Assembly (NCBI GenBank): GCA_045579005.1
Contig: JAZNLJ010000071.1
Location: forward strand, 1-58,324
Length of the DNA stretch: 58,324 bases
Direction: 5' to 3'
Source of the DNA: Acutalibacteraceae bacterium
GTDB lineage: Bacteria > Bacillota > Clostridia > Oscillospirales > Acutalibacteraceae
Of the stretch, positions 1 through 9,733 are shown piece by piece. Positions within the stretch are counted from its first letter, which is position 1. The number at the start of each line of letters is the position of its first letter. The position numbers and the translations under genes are program-made. The notes under the pieces are model-generated. The model was not told the origin of the DNA and ran no database searches. It saw only the letters and a list, made by a program, of their open reading frames with translations.

Positions 1-357
1 ATCGTGGTTACCTGAACACATAATGAAGTTTGCAACGTTGATGTCCTTGACGTCCTCATAAACTCTGTCGTACTCATCCTGGAAGCCGTTTTCTACAACG
101 TCACCTGCAACGATGAAAGCATCGAGAGTTGTTTCTGAGTTTTTAAGGTCCTCAGCTGTTGAGATAAGGTTTGTCTCACGTGAAGGGTTGTAGTTACATA
201 CCTGTGTGTCACCTGTAACAACAAAATTAATAACTGTGTCGTTTTCAATCTGCTTGATTACGTCCTCTGTGCCGGGCATTGTGATTGCACCGAAGGACAT
301 AAGCAATGACATAATCATTGAAATCAACTGGAATATAGCGTCACTGAAATGTGCCAT
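1..357 (-). CDS. Metallophosphoesterase, N-terminal part (3' end lies outside the window)
   Basis: My reverse-strand translation from the ATG at 357 gives MAHFSDAIFQ..FVVTGDTQV..FIVAGDVVENG..MCSGNHD. These are the GD / GDxxxxG / GNHD calcineurin-like phosphoesterase motifs. The ORF runs off the window edge, so it is absent from the ORF track. Confidence 0.7.
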   Translation of the reverse strand, partial: MAHFSDAIFQLISMIMSLLMSFGAITMPGTEDVIKQIENDTVINFVVTGDTQVCNYNPSRETNLISTAEDLKNSETTLDAFIVAGDVVENGFQDEYDRVYEDVKDINVANFIMCSGNHD

Positions 358-442
358 AAAAAACATCCTTTTCCATAATATTTTTCCTAATTATATCACT
401 AAAGGTAAAATTCGTCAATGGATTTTAAAAACTATTTTTTTA

Positions 443-471
443 TTGAAATGAAACAATATATATGTTATCAT
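443..471 (+). promoter_or_regulatory. Putative sigma-A promoter for the GH2 gene
   Basis: TTGAAA (443-448), a 17-nt spacer containing TG, then TATCAT (466-471). It lies about 40 nt upstream of the AAGGAGG RBS and the ATG at 509. Confidence 0.4.
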
Positions 472-508
472 AATTTCAATGTATCCGTTCTAAGGAGGAC
501 TTTGTAAT

Positions 509-2281
509 ATGCAGAGATTATATACACGTTGGGGCAAGGAGCTCAATAAGGATTTACCCCTTAACGATTACCCCAGACCTCAGCTGAGACGTAACAGCTT
601 CATTAATCTTAACGGTGAATGGAACTACGCTATTTATGATGAATACAAGAAATTTGCAGGTTATCAGGGCAAGATCACCGTACCCTTCAGCCCCGAGTGT
701 ATTCTGAGCGGTGTTGAAAAGATGGTTGAGCCCACCGATGTGCTCTATTATCAGAAAATATTCAACTTCAAGCGCACAAATCATCGTGTGCTTCTTCACT
801 TTGGTGCGGTTGACTATGAATGCACGGTTACTCTTAATAACAGCGTTGTAGGTGAGCATAAGGGCGGTTATCTTCCCTTTACCTTCGACGTTACACAGTA
901 TATTCTCGACGGTGAAAATGACCTTCGCCTTGCAGTAAAGGATCCGACGGATACAAGCTACCATGCACGCGGTAAGCAGACCTTCAAGCGTGGCGGTATC
1001 TGGTACACACCTCAGTCCGGTATCTGGCAGACGGTATGGCTTGAGGAGGTTTGCGAGGGGTACATTGAGTCAATTAGGCTCACACCCGACATTGATGAAG
1101 ACGAGCTCCTTATCGAGATAAATTATAACGGCAAGCCCACCGATGAAATGGCTGCAATCGCACTTGATAACGGTGAGGTTATGGCAGGCACAAAGCTTGT
1201 TGACGGTAAGGGCGTTATCAAGCTTGCTGATTACGAATGCTGGAGCCCCGAAAATCCAAAGCTCTATGACCTTAAGATTGTTGCAGGCAACGACCAGATT
1301 GAAAGCTATTTCGGTATGCGTAAGTTCAGCGTTGGAGAGGACAGCGAGGGTACTCCCCGCCTTATGCTCAATAACAAGCCTTATTTCTTTAACGGTCTTC
1401 TTGACCAGGGCTATTGGAGTGACGGCATGTACACCGCACCCCATGACGATGCCCTTATTTATGATATTCAGACAATGAAGGATTTAGGCTTCAATACACT
1501 CAGAAAGCATATCAAGATTGAACCCCTTCGTTGGTACTACCATTGCGACAGACTTGGTATGATTGTGTGGCAGGATATGATTAACGGTGGTGGCAAGTAC
1601 AACTTCGTTGCTATCGGTACTGCACCCTTTATGTCAATGCTTTTCAACAACAAGCATGCAGGTAAGGTAACGGATGGTGAAAATCATTACGGCTACTTTG
1701 CACGTAAGGACAGAGAGGGCAGAGAGGAATTTTACAGAGAGTCTGAAGAGATGATTAATCTTCTCTACAATGTACCCTCACTTGCTTTGTGGACTCCCAT
1801 GAACGAGGGCTGGGGTCAGTTTGACAGCGAAAAGGCATATGAATTCTACAAAGAAAAGGATCCCACAAGACTTGTTGACCACGCAAGCGGTTGGGTTGAC
1901 CAGGGCTCAGGTGACGTAAACAGCTTCCACATTTACTTCACACCCTTTATGTTCCCAAAGTACAGTAAGAATGACAGACGTCCCATTGCTCTTACAGAAT
2001 TCGGCGGCTACTCAATGCAACTTAAGGAGCATTCGTTCAATACAGATAAATTCTTCGGCTATCGCAAGTATTATACTCAAGAGAAATTCGACGAGGCTAT
2101 TGCAAACCTCTATGAAAACAGGATTTATAATTGTATGAAGAATAAGGGCTTGTCAGCAATCATTTACACAGAGGTAAGTGACGTTGAGGACGAGTGTAAC
2201 GGACTTCTCACCTATGACCGGGAGGTTGTGAAAATCACACCCGAGGTTATGAAAAAGGCTAACGATAAACTCAAATATTAA
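509..2281 (+). CDS. Glycoside hydrolase family 2 (beta-galactosidase/beta-glucuronidase/beta-mannosidase-like)
   Basis: 590-aa ORF with a strong RBS. The N-terminus matches a GH2 sugar-binding domain (LNGEWNY.., HRVLLHFGAVDYECTVTLNN). TIM-barrel motifs are present: FNTLRKH, WTPMNEGWG (acid/base NE) and LTEFGG (nucleophile E). Confidence 0.85.
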   Translation: MQRLYTRWGKELNKDLPLNDYPRPQLRRNSFINLNGEWNYAIYDEYKKFAGYQGKITVPFSPECILSGVEKMVEPTDVLYYQKIFNFKRTNHRVLLHFGAVDYECTVTLNNSVVGEHKGGYLPFTFDVTQYILDGENDLRLAVKDPTDTSYHARGKQTFKRGGIWYTPQSGIWQTVWLEEVCEGYIESIRLTPDIDEDELLIEINYNGKPTDEMAAIALDNGEVMAGTKLVDGKGVIKLADYECWSPENPKLYDLKIVAGNDQIESYFGMRKFSVGEDSEGTPRLMLNNKPYFFNGLLDQGYWSDGMYTAPHDDALIYDIQTMKDLGFNTLRKHIKIEPLRWYYHCDRLGMIVWQDMINGGGKYNFVAIGTAPFMSMLFNNKHAGKVTDGENHYGYFARKDREGREEFYRESEEMINLLYNVPSLALWTPMNEGWGQFDSEKAYEFYKEKDPTRLVDHASGWVDQGSGDVNSFHIYFTPFMFPKYSKNDRRPIALTEFGGYSMQLKEHSFNTDKFFGYRKYYTQEKFDEAIANLYENRIYNCMKNKGLSAIIYTEVSDVEDECNGLLTYDREVVKITPEVMKKANDKLKY

Positions 2282-2303
2282 ATTTTACGTTTATGGTGAT
2301 GTT

Positions 2304-4364
2304 ATGGATACTTTGAAAACAGGCAGATATCTTCAGCGTGTTACGGAGCGTTATCCCTTGGAGGGCAAGGTTTATTCTCTTGCGGTTGGTGATGATGTTA
2401 TTTACCTTTGTACAAGCCAGGGTCTTATTAAGCTTTCCGGTGATAAAATCAACACACTCTCAGGTGATCTGATATTCACAACCGTTCACATCTGTAAGGA
2501 CGGCAGAGTCCTCGCAGGCTGTGATAACAAGGTTTATGTTATCGGCGACAAGGGCGCAGAGCTTCTGGCAGAATTCAGCCACCCTGTAACTGATATCAAA
2601 GACAGCAACAATCTTTATGTGCTCACTCGCAGAGTGCTTTATGTAGAACGTGAAGAGGGCTTTTACCACCTTTCAAACTGTGAGCAGGATGCAGAGTGTC
2701 TTGCCCTTTTCGGTGACAGAGTCTGCGCTTCAAACAGTCGTTGCATTCAGCGTATGGAGGGTAAGCGCAGGTCCTGGCGATGTATTTTCCATGACCACTC
2801 AACAATGCCCGCCATTGAAATCAATACTGTTGCGTTTGACAAAATCGGTAATCTTCTTGTTGGTGCAAAAGAGGGATTGTTTATCTATGATTACAAAAAC
2901 GGCTGGTATTCGCACAAGGAGATTTCTGCATTACCTCAGGAGAGCGTTTATTCAATAGACGTTGCTGAGGACGGCAGTATTCTTGTGGGCACAGACGCAG
3001 GCGCGGTGCTTATCAGAAACGGACTTTCCAAGTACCTTCCTGCTACAAGATATGCTTTTAACCCTCTTGTAACTGCAGTTGCATTCAGCGGTAATGATAT
3101 TTACACTGTTTCCGAAGGCGGTATTGTAAAAATTAGTGAAATAGAAATGACACTTTATGACAAGGCTGTTCACTTCTTTGAGAATACCGAAAAATATTTC
3201 CCTCGTAAGGATGGTTTTATTACAGGTGTTTCAGGTGAGTTAAAAGAGGGTAGCTTTTCAAATATCAGTGACAATGACGGCTTGTGGACACAGATGTACC
3301 TTGCGGCCCTTTGCCTTTGGTATGACAAAACAAAGGATGAAAAAATCCTCAAAGCTGCCCGCAGATACAAGGATGCAATGCTTGTACTTACCCGCGCACC
3401 TGAGATAGATGGCTTTACTGCACGTGCAGTAAGATACCCCGATGAAGCAACCTGGGGTCAGGGCCTTGAAACACAGGAAATCGGTAACGAGTGGCACCGC
3501 TCAAGTGACGGCACCTACGAGTGGCTTGGTGAAACCTCAAGTGACGAAATGACAGGTCATTATGCAGGCTTCTCACTCTACTATGACCTCTGTGCCGACG
3601 ATGCCGAAAAGGCAGAGATACGCGAGGCTGTGTGCAAAATCACAGACCATATTATGGAGCACAACGGTTATCTCTTTGACATTGACGGCAAACCCACAAC
3701 CTGGGCTTGCTGGAATGAAGATGCCCTTAATAATGACAGTATGTGGACCTGGGAAAAGGGCGTTAATTCACTTGAGTACCTTACCTTCCTCAGAATTACC
3801 TATCATATGTCAGGTAATGATAAGTATCTGAACAAATACAACGAGCTTATTAACAATCACCATTTTCTTATAAATGCGGCTTATCACAAAAAGGCAGACG
3901 GACACACCTGCCACATTGATGATAACCTTGCAATGTGCAACACACTTGCATATTTAAGGCTTGAAAAAAATCCCGCTATAAGACAGTACATATTGTTAGG
4001 CCTTGCATCACATTACGATTATGAAAAAATCGAAGGGAACCCCTACTTTGCTTTCGTTTACAAGGGCTTTACAGGTGCACCCTGCGATGTTGATACAATG
4101 GTGAAGAATCTTAAGGAGCACCCCTTTGAGTTGGAAAACTTCCCGATGTACAACAGTATGCGTCGCGGTCTTGAATATGACGATGAGTCTGTTTATTGGG
4201 GTGAAAAGCCTCGTATAAAAACACCACTTGCGTGGGATGAAAGACCATATTCAAAGCTTGGTCTTCGTGCCTTTACCGTTGACGGTGGCAGAAAGGGTCA
4301 TGAAAGCGGACTTACATATTTGTTCCTTTATTGGTTAGGCAGATATTTTGATATAATTGAATGA
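2304..4364 (+). CDS. Hypothetical protein: N-terminal beta-propeller-like repeats plus a C-terminal (alpha/alpha)-toroid-like domain; candidate carbohydrate-active enzyme
   Basis: 686-aa ORF starting 22 nt after the GH2 stop. The N-terminal half has repeated DG.(I/V)L(V/A)G(T/C)..G motifs of the Reg_prop/propeller type. The C-terminal half is rich in W/Y/D helix-hairpin motifs (GLWTQMYLAALCLWYD, ETSSDEMTGHYAGF). I recognise no named family. Confidence 0.6.
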   Translation: MDTLKTGRYLQRVTERYPLEGKVYSLAVGDDVIYLCTSQGLIKLSGDKINTLSGDLIFTTVHICKDGRVLAGCDNKVYVIGDKGAELLAEFSHPVTDIKDSNNLYVLTRRVLYVEREEGFYHLSNCEQDAECLALFGDRVCASNSRCIQRMEGKRRSWRCIFHDHSTMPAIEINTVAFDKIGNLLVGAKEGLFIYDYKNGWYSHKEISALPQESVYSIDVAEDGSILVGTDAGAVLIRNGLSKYLPATRYAFNPLVTAVAFSGNDIYTVSEGGIVKISEIEMTLYDKAVHFFENTEKYFPRKDGFITGVSGELKEGSFSNISDNDGLWTQMYLAALCLWYDKTKDEKILKAARRYKDAMLVLTRAPEIDGFTARAVRYPDEATWGQGLETQEIGNEWHRSSDGTYEWLGETSSDEMTGHYAGFSLYYDLCADDAEKAEIREAVCKITDHIMEHNGYLFDIDGKPTTWACWNEDALNNDSMWTWEKGVNSLEYLTFLRITYHMSGNDKYLNKYNELINNHHFLINAAYHKKADGHTCHIDDNLAMCNTLAYLRLEKNPAIRQYILLGLASHYDYEKIEGNPYFAFVYKGFTGAPCDVDTMVKNLKEHPFELENFPMYNSMRRGLEYDDESVYWGEKPRIKTPLAWDERPYSKLGLRAFTVDGGRKGHESGLTYLFLYWLGRYFDIIE

Positions 4365-4374
4365 TTAATTTGAA

Positions 4375-4411
4375 AATTCCGTAAGATGAAACTCTTACGG
4401 AATTTATTTTT
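4375..4411 (+). terminator. Rho-independent terminator
   Basis: AATTCCGTAAGA-tgaaac-TCTTACGGAATT forms a 12-bp stem, followed by TATTTTT. Confidence 0.75.
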
Positions 4412-4458
4412 GCTCTTTCGAATATACTTTACAAAAAAGACAAGGGTAGGGCAATTCA

Positions 4459-5481
4459 ATGGAGCATTTTTTAAATCTTTCACCATTAACAATAACTTCC
4501 GTTTTACTTACCCTTGGTGTAATATTTGTTAATGGCTTGACCGATGCGCCCAATGCCATTGCAACCTGTGTTGCAACCCGATGTATGACTGTTGGTAAAG
4601 CGATTTTTATGTCGGCAGTTTTTAATTTTCTCGGTGTATTTATTTCGGGTGAGGCGGGGGCATCCGTTACGGAAACCATAATAAATATGGTGGATTTTGG
4701 CACAGATAAAAGGATAAGCATTGTTGCATTGTCCGCGGCAATGTTTTCGATTGTTTTGTGGGCTGTACTTGCCTGGTACTTCGGAATACCCACAAGTGAA
4801 AGCCACGCCCTTATTGCAGGGCTTACGGGCAGTGCAATTTGCGTCAGTAACAGCCTCAACGGTGTGAATACGGGGGAGTGGATGAAGACGATTTACGGTC
4901 TTTTCATTTCCTGCTTTGGCGGGTTTATATGCGGATATATTATCTGCAGAATAATCCTCGCCGTTTTCCGCAATGTAAAACGTCAGAAAACTGACATTGT
5001 TTTTAAATACGGGCAGATTTTTGCTTCTGTTTTAATGAGCTTTATGCACGGTGCACAGGATGGGCAAAAGTTTATGGCGGTGCTTATGATGTGCACGGGC
5101 TTGAACGGAAATGAAGGTCAAAAGATACCGCCCGCAGTAATACTCCTTTGCTCCGTTGTTATGGCAATGGGTACTCTGTCGGGCGGTAAAAAAATTATTA
5201 AATCTGTGGGAATGGATATGGTGAAATTGCAAAGGTATCAGGGCTTTAGTGCTGATCTGTCAGGAGCATTGTCCTTGCTTTTAAGCACCTGTCTCGGGCT
5301 ACCTGTATCAACCACTCACGCAAAAACAACCTCAATGATGGGGTGTGCCTGTGTGAACGGCACAAGGGGAGTAAACCCGCTTGTTGTAAAGGATATGGCT
5401 CTGACGTGGATATTCACATTTCCGGGATGTGGCGTGCTGGGGTTTGTGATTACCGGGATTTTTATGCATCTGTTTCTGTAA
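4459..5481 (+). CDS. pit: Inorganic phosphate transporter, PiT (PHO4) family
   Basis: 340-aa polytopic membrane ORF. It has the N-terminal PiT signature NGLTDAPNAIATCVATR and a second copy of the repeat, HGAQDGQKFMAV. Confidence 0.85.
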   Translation: MEHFLNLSPLTITSVLLTLGVIFVNGLTDAPNAIATCVATRCMTVGKAIFMSAVFNFLGVFISGEAGASVTETIINMVDFGTDKRISIVALSAAMFSIVLWAVLAWYFGIPTSESHALIAGLTGSAICVSNSLNGVNTGEWMKTIYGLFISCFGGFICGYIICRIILAVFRNVKRQKTDIVFKYGQIFASVLMSFMHGAQDGQKFMAVLMMCTGLNGNEGQKIPPAVILLCSVVMAMGTLSGGKKIIKSVGMDMVKLQRYQGFSADLSGALSLLLSTCLGLPVSTTHAKTTSMMGCACVNGTRGVNPLVVKDMALTWIFTFPGCGVLGFVITGIFMHLFL

Positions 5482-7141
5482 TTTCATAAATCACAACACC
5501 ATGAGGCGCAAGGCTTGTATTAAGTGTAAGCGCGCCGTTTGTAACGGTAGCTTCACTTTCTTTGGGTACAAGCTTTGAACATTCTGTATATTTTGGGAAA
5601 AGCTCGTTGAAGTAGGTTTCACGGGCTTTTTCATCTTTTAATGTAGTGGGATTATCAATTGATGGGTCATCGGGTGACCAGGCAAATTTATCGTCTGTGA
5701 TATTGAAGGCTTTTCTGTCCTCAACCCACTCGTCAAAGTAGTTGCAATTATCATCAATTACATATTGTGTAACCTTAACCTTTTTTCCATCAAACTGAGG
5801 TGCAGAAATATTGAAGGTAAGGTCAATATCGTTGTTATATTTAAGTGAATTTTTGTAGTTATATGCCATCACACGGAGTGTTTTTGAGCTTTCGTTAAAG
5901 GCGGATACTGCATCAACATCACTGCCAAAAATAACACCGCTTTTTTCTTTTGACGTATCAAGAAGCTTTGAACCCTCAAACTGTGATGTAAGCTTTGCCA
6001 CGTGGTAGCTGACTGTGGGATTTCCTTCAAAAAAGCCGTTTGAAAGGTATGACCATGCAGAAAAATAATTGATATTATTGTTAAACATCTGTGTGTAAAG
6101 CCTTGCGTCGTAAGATGCCTGGTAGGTGTGGCCCACAGTACGGGTTAATAACTCGTCATTATCACCACCGGGTGTGCCGACAAGAAGTCTGCCTTCATCA
6201 ATACCGAATATAAGGTCATTAAGACCTACACTTTCAGCAGTTGTTCTAAGGTAATTTATTGTTTCAGGTAAGGTGTAGCCTTCGGTAAACTCCTCTGCGC
6301 TGTAGTCATAAAAACTGCCTGAAAGGTAGCACACACGAGTTCCTTTTTTGCCTGTTTTGTAGTTTTTTCCTTCGGCACAATGCTTGATGAAAATTGCTTC
6401 ATCCCAACCGCCTTCGGTTACTGCCATGGCGTGTGCGCCTACAAAAATGTTTTCGTCAATGGCATCCTGCAAGGCGGCAACTGTGTAGTCGTAAAGCTTA
6501 CAATAAGCCTCGGCAGACTTATCGGGGTCTTCATCAACAGCACGGAACCAATCATAGTTTTCAAACTCTGTCATAACACCGAAGCGCCATGTAAGAACTT
6601 CCTCTTTACCAAATTCTTTTACAAGCGCACTTGCAAGGGCGTGAATGTAGTTGTAATAAACATTGTAATCATCAGGTGGGTATGGGTTCATTCCAAAACC
6701 GATGTCATTTGTGGCATCCTTTGAATACTTAAGCGGAACACTGCCCAACTTAAGGAAGGGCTTTGCCCCTATGTTCACAAGACCGCGACAATTGTCAATA
6801 AGGAGTGTGAAATCGTAGTCGTCGAGCACGTTTTTGTTAAGGGGGTCCTTGAATAAATCCCTTGCCTCGGTACCACCTGAGCATTGCATAAGCTGAACAT
6901 ACTCAACGAACTCAAAAATATTGTTTTCAGGGTTTATTTTAGCATCTTTAAAGGGGTTTCCTTCAATGGACCATATATTTACGTTATTTACAACGTTGGG
7001 TAATGCTCTGCCCTGCTGTGATGCATCAATACTGAAAACGTATTTGTTGAAAATCCCGCTGCCGATAAATGCAACTGTACCTGTTCCGACAAGCGCAACG
7101 GCAAGTATAATTGCAATGATTTTAATAACTTTTTTCTTCAT
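5462..7141 (-). CDS. Membrane-anchored/secreted glycoside hydrolase, clan GH-A (GH39-like)
   Basis: Long ORF with an N-terminal signal/anchor (KKKVIKIIAIILAVALVG) and a TIM-barrel-like core (LTWRFGVMTEFENYDW). I chose the ATG at 7141 because AGAGGGTG lies 8 nt upstream. The GTG at 7150 used by the ORF track abuts the RBS. The 3' end overlaps pit by 20 nt (convergent). Confidence 0.55.
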   Translation of the reverse strand: MKKKVIKIIAIILAVALVGTGTVAFIGSGIFNKYVFSIDASQQGRALPNVVNNVNIWSIEGNPFKDAKINPENNIFEFVEYVQLMQCSGGTEARDLFKDPLNKNVLDDYDFTLLIDNCRGLVNIGAKPFLKLGSVPLKYSKDATNDIGFGMNPYPPDDYNVYYNYIHALASALVKEFGKEEVLTWRFGVMTEFENYDWFRAVDEDPDKSAEAYCKLYDYTVAALQDAIDENIFVGAHAMAVTEGGWDEAIFIKHCAEGKNYKTGKKGTRVCYLSGSFYDYSAEEFTEGYTLPETINYLRTTAESVGLNDLIFGIDEGRLLVGTPGGDNDELLTRTVGHTYQASYDARLYTQMFNNNINYFSAWSYLSNGFFEGNPTVSYHVAKLTSQFEGSKLLDTSKEKSGVIFGSDVDAVSAFNESSKTLRVMAYNYKNSLKYNNDIDLTFNISAPQFDGKKVKVTQYVIDDNCNYFDEWVEDRKAFNITDDKFAWSPDDPSIDNPTTLKDEKARETYFNELFPKYTECSKLVPKESEATVTNGALTLNTSLAPHGVVIYEITETDA

Positions 7142-7282
7142 ATATTTCACCCTCTTATGATGTATGAAATTAATTTATCACGATAAAAGGGGTTTGTCAA
7201 ATGGAGAAAGTTTTATAAAATAGATTTATTAATTGACCAAAAACCGAAAATATACGTGTATAGGGTGAAAGGGGGTCATAAG

Positions 7283-7771
7283 ATGATGAATTCATCGGCA
7301 CGGCCGACCGGTGATATTGAAAAAGCCGTACATGCTTACGGCAACAGTTTGTACAGACTGTGCTATGTTATGCTGAATAATGAAAAGGATGCGGAAGATG
7401 CAGTGCAGGACACTTTTATGAAATATATTGAGAAAAGTCCCGCATTTGCAGATTCGGAGCATGAAAAAGCATGGTTGATTACCGTGGCACAAAACAGATG
7501 CCGTGATATATTACGGCAAAGGAAAAGGTATTTACAGACCGATGTTGAGGTGGTGCAGGAGTACATTGCCCCCACAGAAAACAGTGGTATTCTCGACGCG
7601 CTTATGACCTTGCCTGAAAAATTCCGCCTCGTGCTGACTCTGTATTATATTGAAGGATACAGGGTTGAGGACATCGCAAAAATTATCGGCAAAACACCGT
7701 CGGCGGTGAAAATGCGACTTCAGAAGGGTAGGCATTTGTTAAAGGAAGCCTACGGAAAGGAGAGCTTATAA
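7283..7771 (+). CDS. ECF-type RNA polymerase sigma-70 family factor
   Basis: Region 2 (DAEDAVQDTFMKY..W.ITVAQNRCRDILR) and region 4 (LPEKFRLVLTLYYIEGYRVEDIAKIIGKTPSAVKMRLQKGR) are both present. I chose the ATG at 7283, which is 7 nt after AAAGGGGG. Confidence 0.85.
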   Translation: MMNSSARPTGDIEKAVHAYGNSLYRLCYVMLNNEKDAEDAVQDTFMKYIEKSPAFADSEHEKAWLITVAQNRCRDILRQRKRYLQTDVEVVQEYIAPTENSGILDALMTLPEKFRLVLTLYYIEGYRVEDIAKIIGKTPSAVKMRLQKGRHLLKEAYGKESL

Positions 7772-8371
7772 ATGATTTTTGAGAATCTCAAAACAGAAGC
7801 AGAAACAATCAGAATGACAGATGATATGCAAAACCGAATTATAAGGAATTGCAAAGCTAAAGAAAATAAAACGGAGGTATTATTTATGAAAAAGACTAAT
7901 TATAAAAAGTTTGTTGTCGTGGCGGCAGTAGTTGTGGTTTTGCTCAGCATTTCCGTAAGCGCAATTGCAACGGACGGCTTCGGTATATACAAGGAAAAAA
8001 AGAACTTGAGCGGTGCAATTGTTGGCGGTGTTTATGAACAGGCAACAAATGAAATCCAGCTTAGGACCTTGTCGGAAGGTGATTATGTTACCGTAAGTGC
8101 AACAATAATTGAGCCTGAAAGAGCACCATATTTCAGCTTTGATACTATCAGAGTGGGTGCATACAGAATAGTTGATTCCGCAGGTGCAGTTGTGTCACAG
8201 GGTGAGGGTACAGAGCGTGTTCTAATTACTGATGGTGCCTTTGAAATCAAAATTCCCTTTAATAAAACCGGTGAATATAAATTGTACATCGATTCATTTG
8301 TTGGTGAAAGCAAGGCAGACCAGCCCCTTGAAATCAAGGGTGAATGGGAATGTGTAATCGTGAATAGTTAA
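7772..8371 (+). CDS. Putative anti-sigma factor / single-pass membrane protein
   Basis: The ATG directly abuts the sigma-factor stop. The protein has a short cytoplasmic N-terminus, one TM helix (FVVVAAVVVVLLSISVSAIA) and an extracytoplasmic beta-rich domain. The function is inferred from position only. Confidence 0.5.
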   Translation: MIFENLKTEAETIRMTDDMQNRIIRNCKAKENKTEVLFMKKTNYKKFVVVAAVVVVLLSISVSAIATDGFGIYKEKKNLSGAIVGGVYEQATNEIQLRTLSEGDYVTVSATIIEPERAPYFSFDTIRVGAYRIVDSAGAVVSQGEGTERVLITDGAFEIKIPFNKTGEYKLYIDSFVGESKADQPLEIKGEWECVIVNS

Positions 8372-8377
8372 AATTAT

Positions 8378-8415
8378 GCTCCCCCTGTACTTCGTGCGAG
8401 AAGTACAGGGGGAGC
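8378..8415. terminator. Bidirectional terminator hairpin between convergent genes
   Basis: GCTCCCCCTGTACTT-cgtgcgag-AAGTACAGGGGGAGC forms a 15-bp perfect stem. The U-tracts are weak. Confidence 0.6.
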
Positions 8416-8424
8416 AATAGTATC

Positions 8425-9585
8425 TTATATCGACCAACAACTGTCTGTAAAGCGCGTTGCACGGTGGGGGAATGCACGGAAGAAATCCTCTGCTATACCA
8501 TTTATTTCAACACCGTCAATAAAAACAGCGGTTTCGGCTGTGTGACCTTCTCCTGCAAGGAGCAGTCTTGCTGCAGCAGGGGGTGTGAGTGAGATGTCGT
8601 AATCTCCGTCAGCCCTTTGCGTAACGGTTGCTTTGCCGTTCTCATACTCAACATCAAATATGCCTGTGTTTTGCGGAAGGTTGTCAAGGCTCAATATACT
8701 GAACTTGCCGTGTTCTTCGGGATATACGTTATTTTCAAGGAGCTTTTTCATATTGTATATTCTCCCTGCGTATCCGCCCTCATACTCGTATTTTACATCG
8801 TCGATTCTGTCAATAAGGCAGGACAGAGGAGAGCCTTGATACTGTTTTTTCACAACGAGAGTTTTTACAATGCCGTCGTAGTTGCGTAAAAAACCCACAA
8901 TTCCCTTAAGGGCATAGGGAGTCAGCGCAAAAAGCTCCTCGGCAACAAGCTGTTCGGGACGGTTTACCTTGAATCGAACGTAGCCGTCTGCCTCACCCGA
9001 GGGGTTACGGTGAATATAGGTGTAATCAGCCTCCTCCAACGGTTGCTGACAGAAGTGTTTTTTGTCCTCTCGCAGAGTCATAAGGTTTTCTTTGAAAACG
9101 CATTTGTTGTGTAATTCACACAGTTCAGGGAGCTGTTCACCCGTAAAAAGCTCAACGTTGTTGTTGCGGGGAATGTGCTCAAGCTTGTGGAATGGCACTG
9201 CGATTTTGAAAACACGGTTGAGATTTGCATAACCGAATTTCTCATAATATTCAATTGAGAAGGGTGAAAGAAAGCCTGCTACAATATCGTTTTCGACGGC
9301 AGTTCTGCCAATCTCATCAAAGATTGCCCTGACTCCGCCAATTCTGCGGTTTTCAGGCTGACTGCATATTCCACTGAGAACCACTGTACTTAAAAGGTTA
9401 CCGCAGTAGTTGCATTTGAAATCAAAGACTTCAACGCCTGCAATAAGTTTGCCTTCGTGAAAAGCACCGAGAACAGGCATTTCAACTTCCTTATCAACAT
9501 CTTTATCAAATTTCCAGATAAATGACGCGGCAGATATCTTAAGATAATCCACAGCTTCGTCGGGTTTTATAAATCTTACTTCCAT
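8425..9585 (-). CDS. GNAT family N-acetyltransferase, Eis-like (GNAT plus SCP2-like C-terminal domain)
   Basis: 386 aa. It has the acetyl-CoA motif QPENRRIGGVRAIFDE and length and architecture typical of Eis-type enzymes. Confidence 0.7.
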   Translation of the reverse strand: MEVRFIKPDEAVDYLKISAASFIWKFDKDVDKEVEMPVLGAFHEGKLIAGVEVFDFKCNYCGNLLSTVVLSGICSQPENRRIGGVRAIFDEIGRTAVENDIVAGFLSPFSIEYYEKFGYANLNRVFKIAVPFHKLEHIPRNNNVELFTGEQLPELCELHNKCVFKENLMTLREDKKHFCQQPLEEADYTYIHRNPSGEADGYVRFKVNRPEQLVAEELFALTPYALKGIVGFLRNYDGIVKTLVVKKQYQGSPLSCLIDRIDDVKYEYEGGYAGRIYNMKKLLENNVYPEEHGKFSILSLDNLPQNTGIFDVEYENGKATVTQRADGDYDISLTPPAAARLLLAGEGHTAETAVFIDGVEINGIAEDFFRAFPHRATRFTDSCWSI

Positions 9586-9733
9586 AATAGTTCTCCTGAG
9601 GGGGGTATAGTGTTGGTTTTATTATAGCATTCTTAACATAGAATTCAATATTCTAAAGGTGAAATGTCATTTGAGCTTGCAAGTCGAAAGTGATTGAGCA
9701 GTTGCATTCAAGATACTCGCACAAGACTTGTTT

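Noticed and set aside
206-451. 81-aa plus-strand ORF
   Set aside because: It is antisense to the metallophosphoesterase N-terminus (GD/GNHD motifs on the minus strand). It has no RBS and a hydrophobic, low-information sequence.
4404-4859. 151-aa minus-strand ORF
   Set aside because: It is antisense to the PiT transporter gene, which has clear family signatures. It overlaps the upstream terminator.
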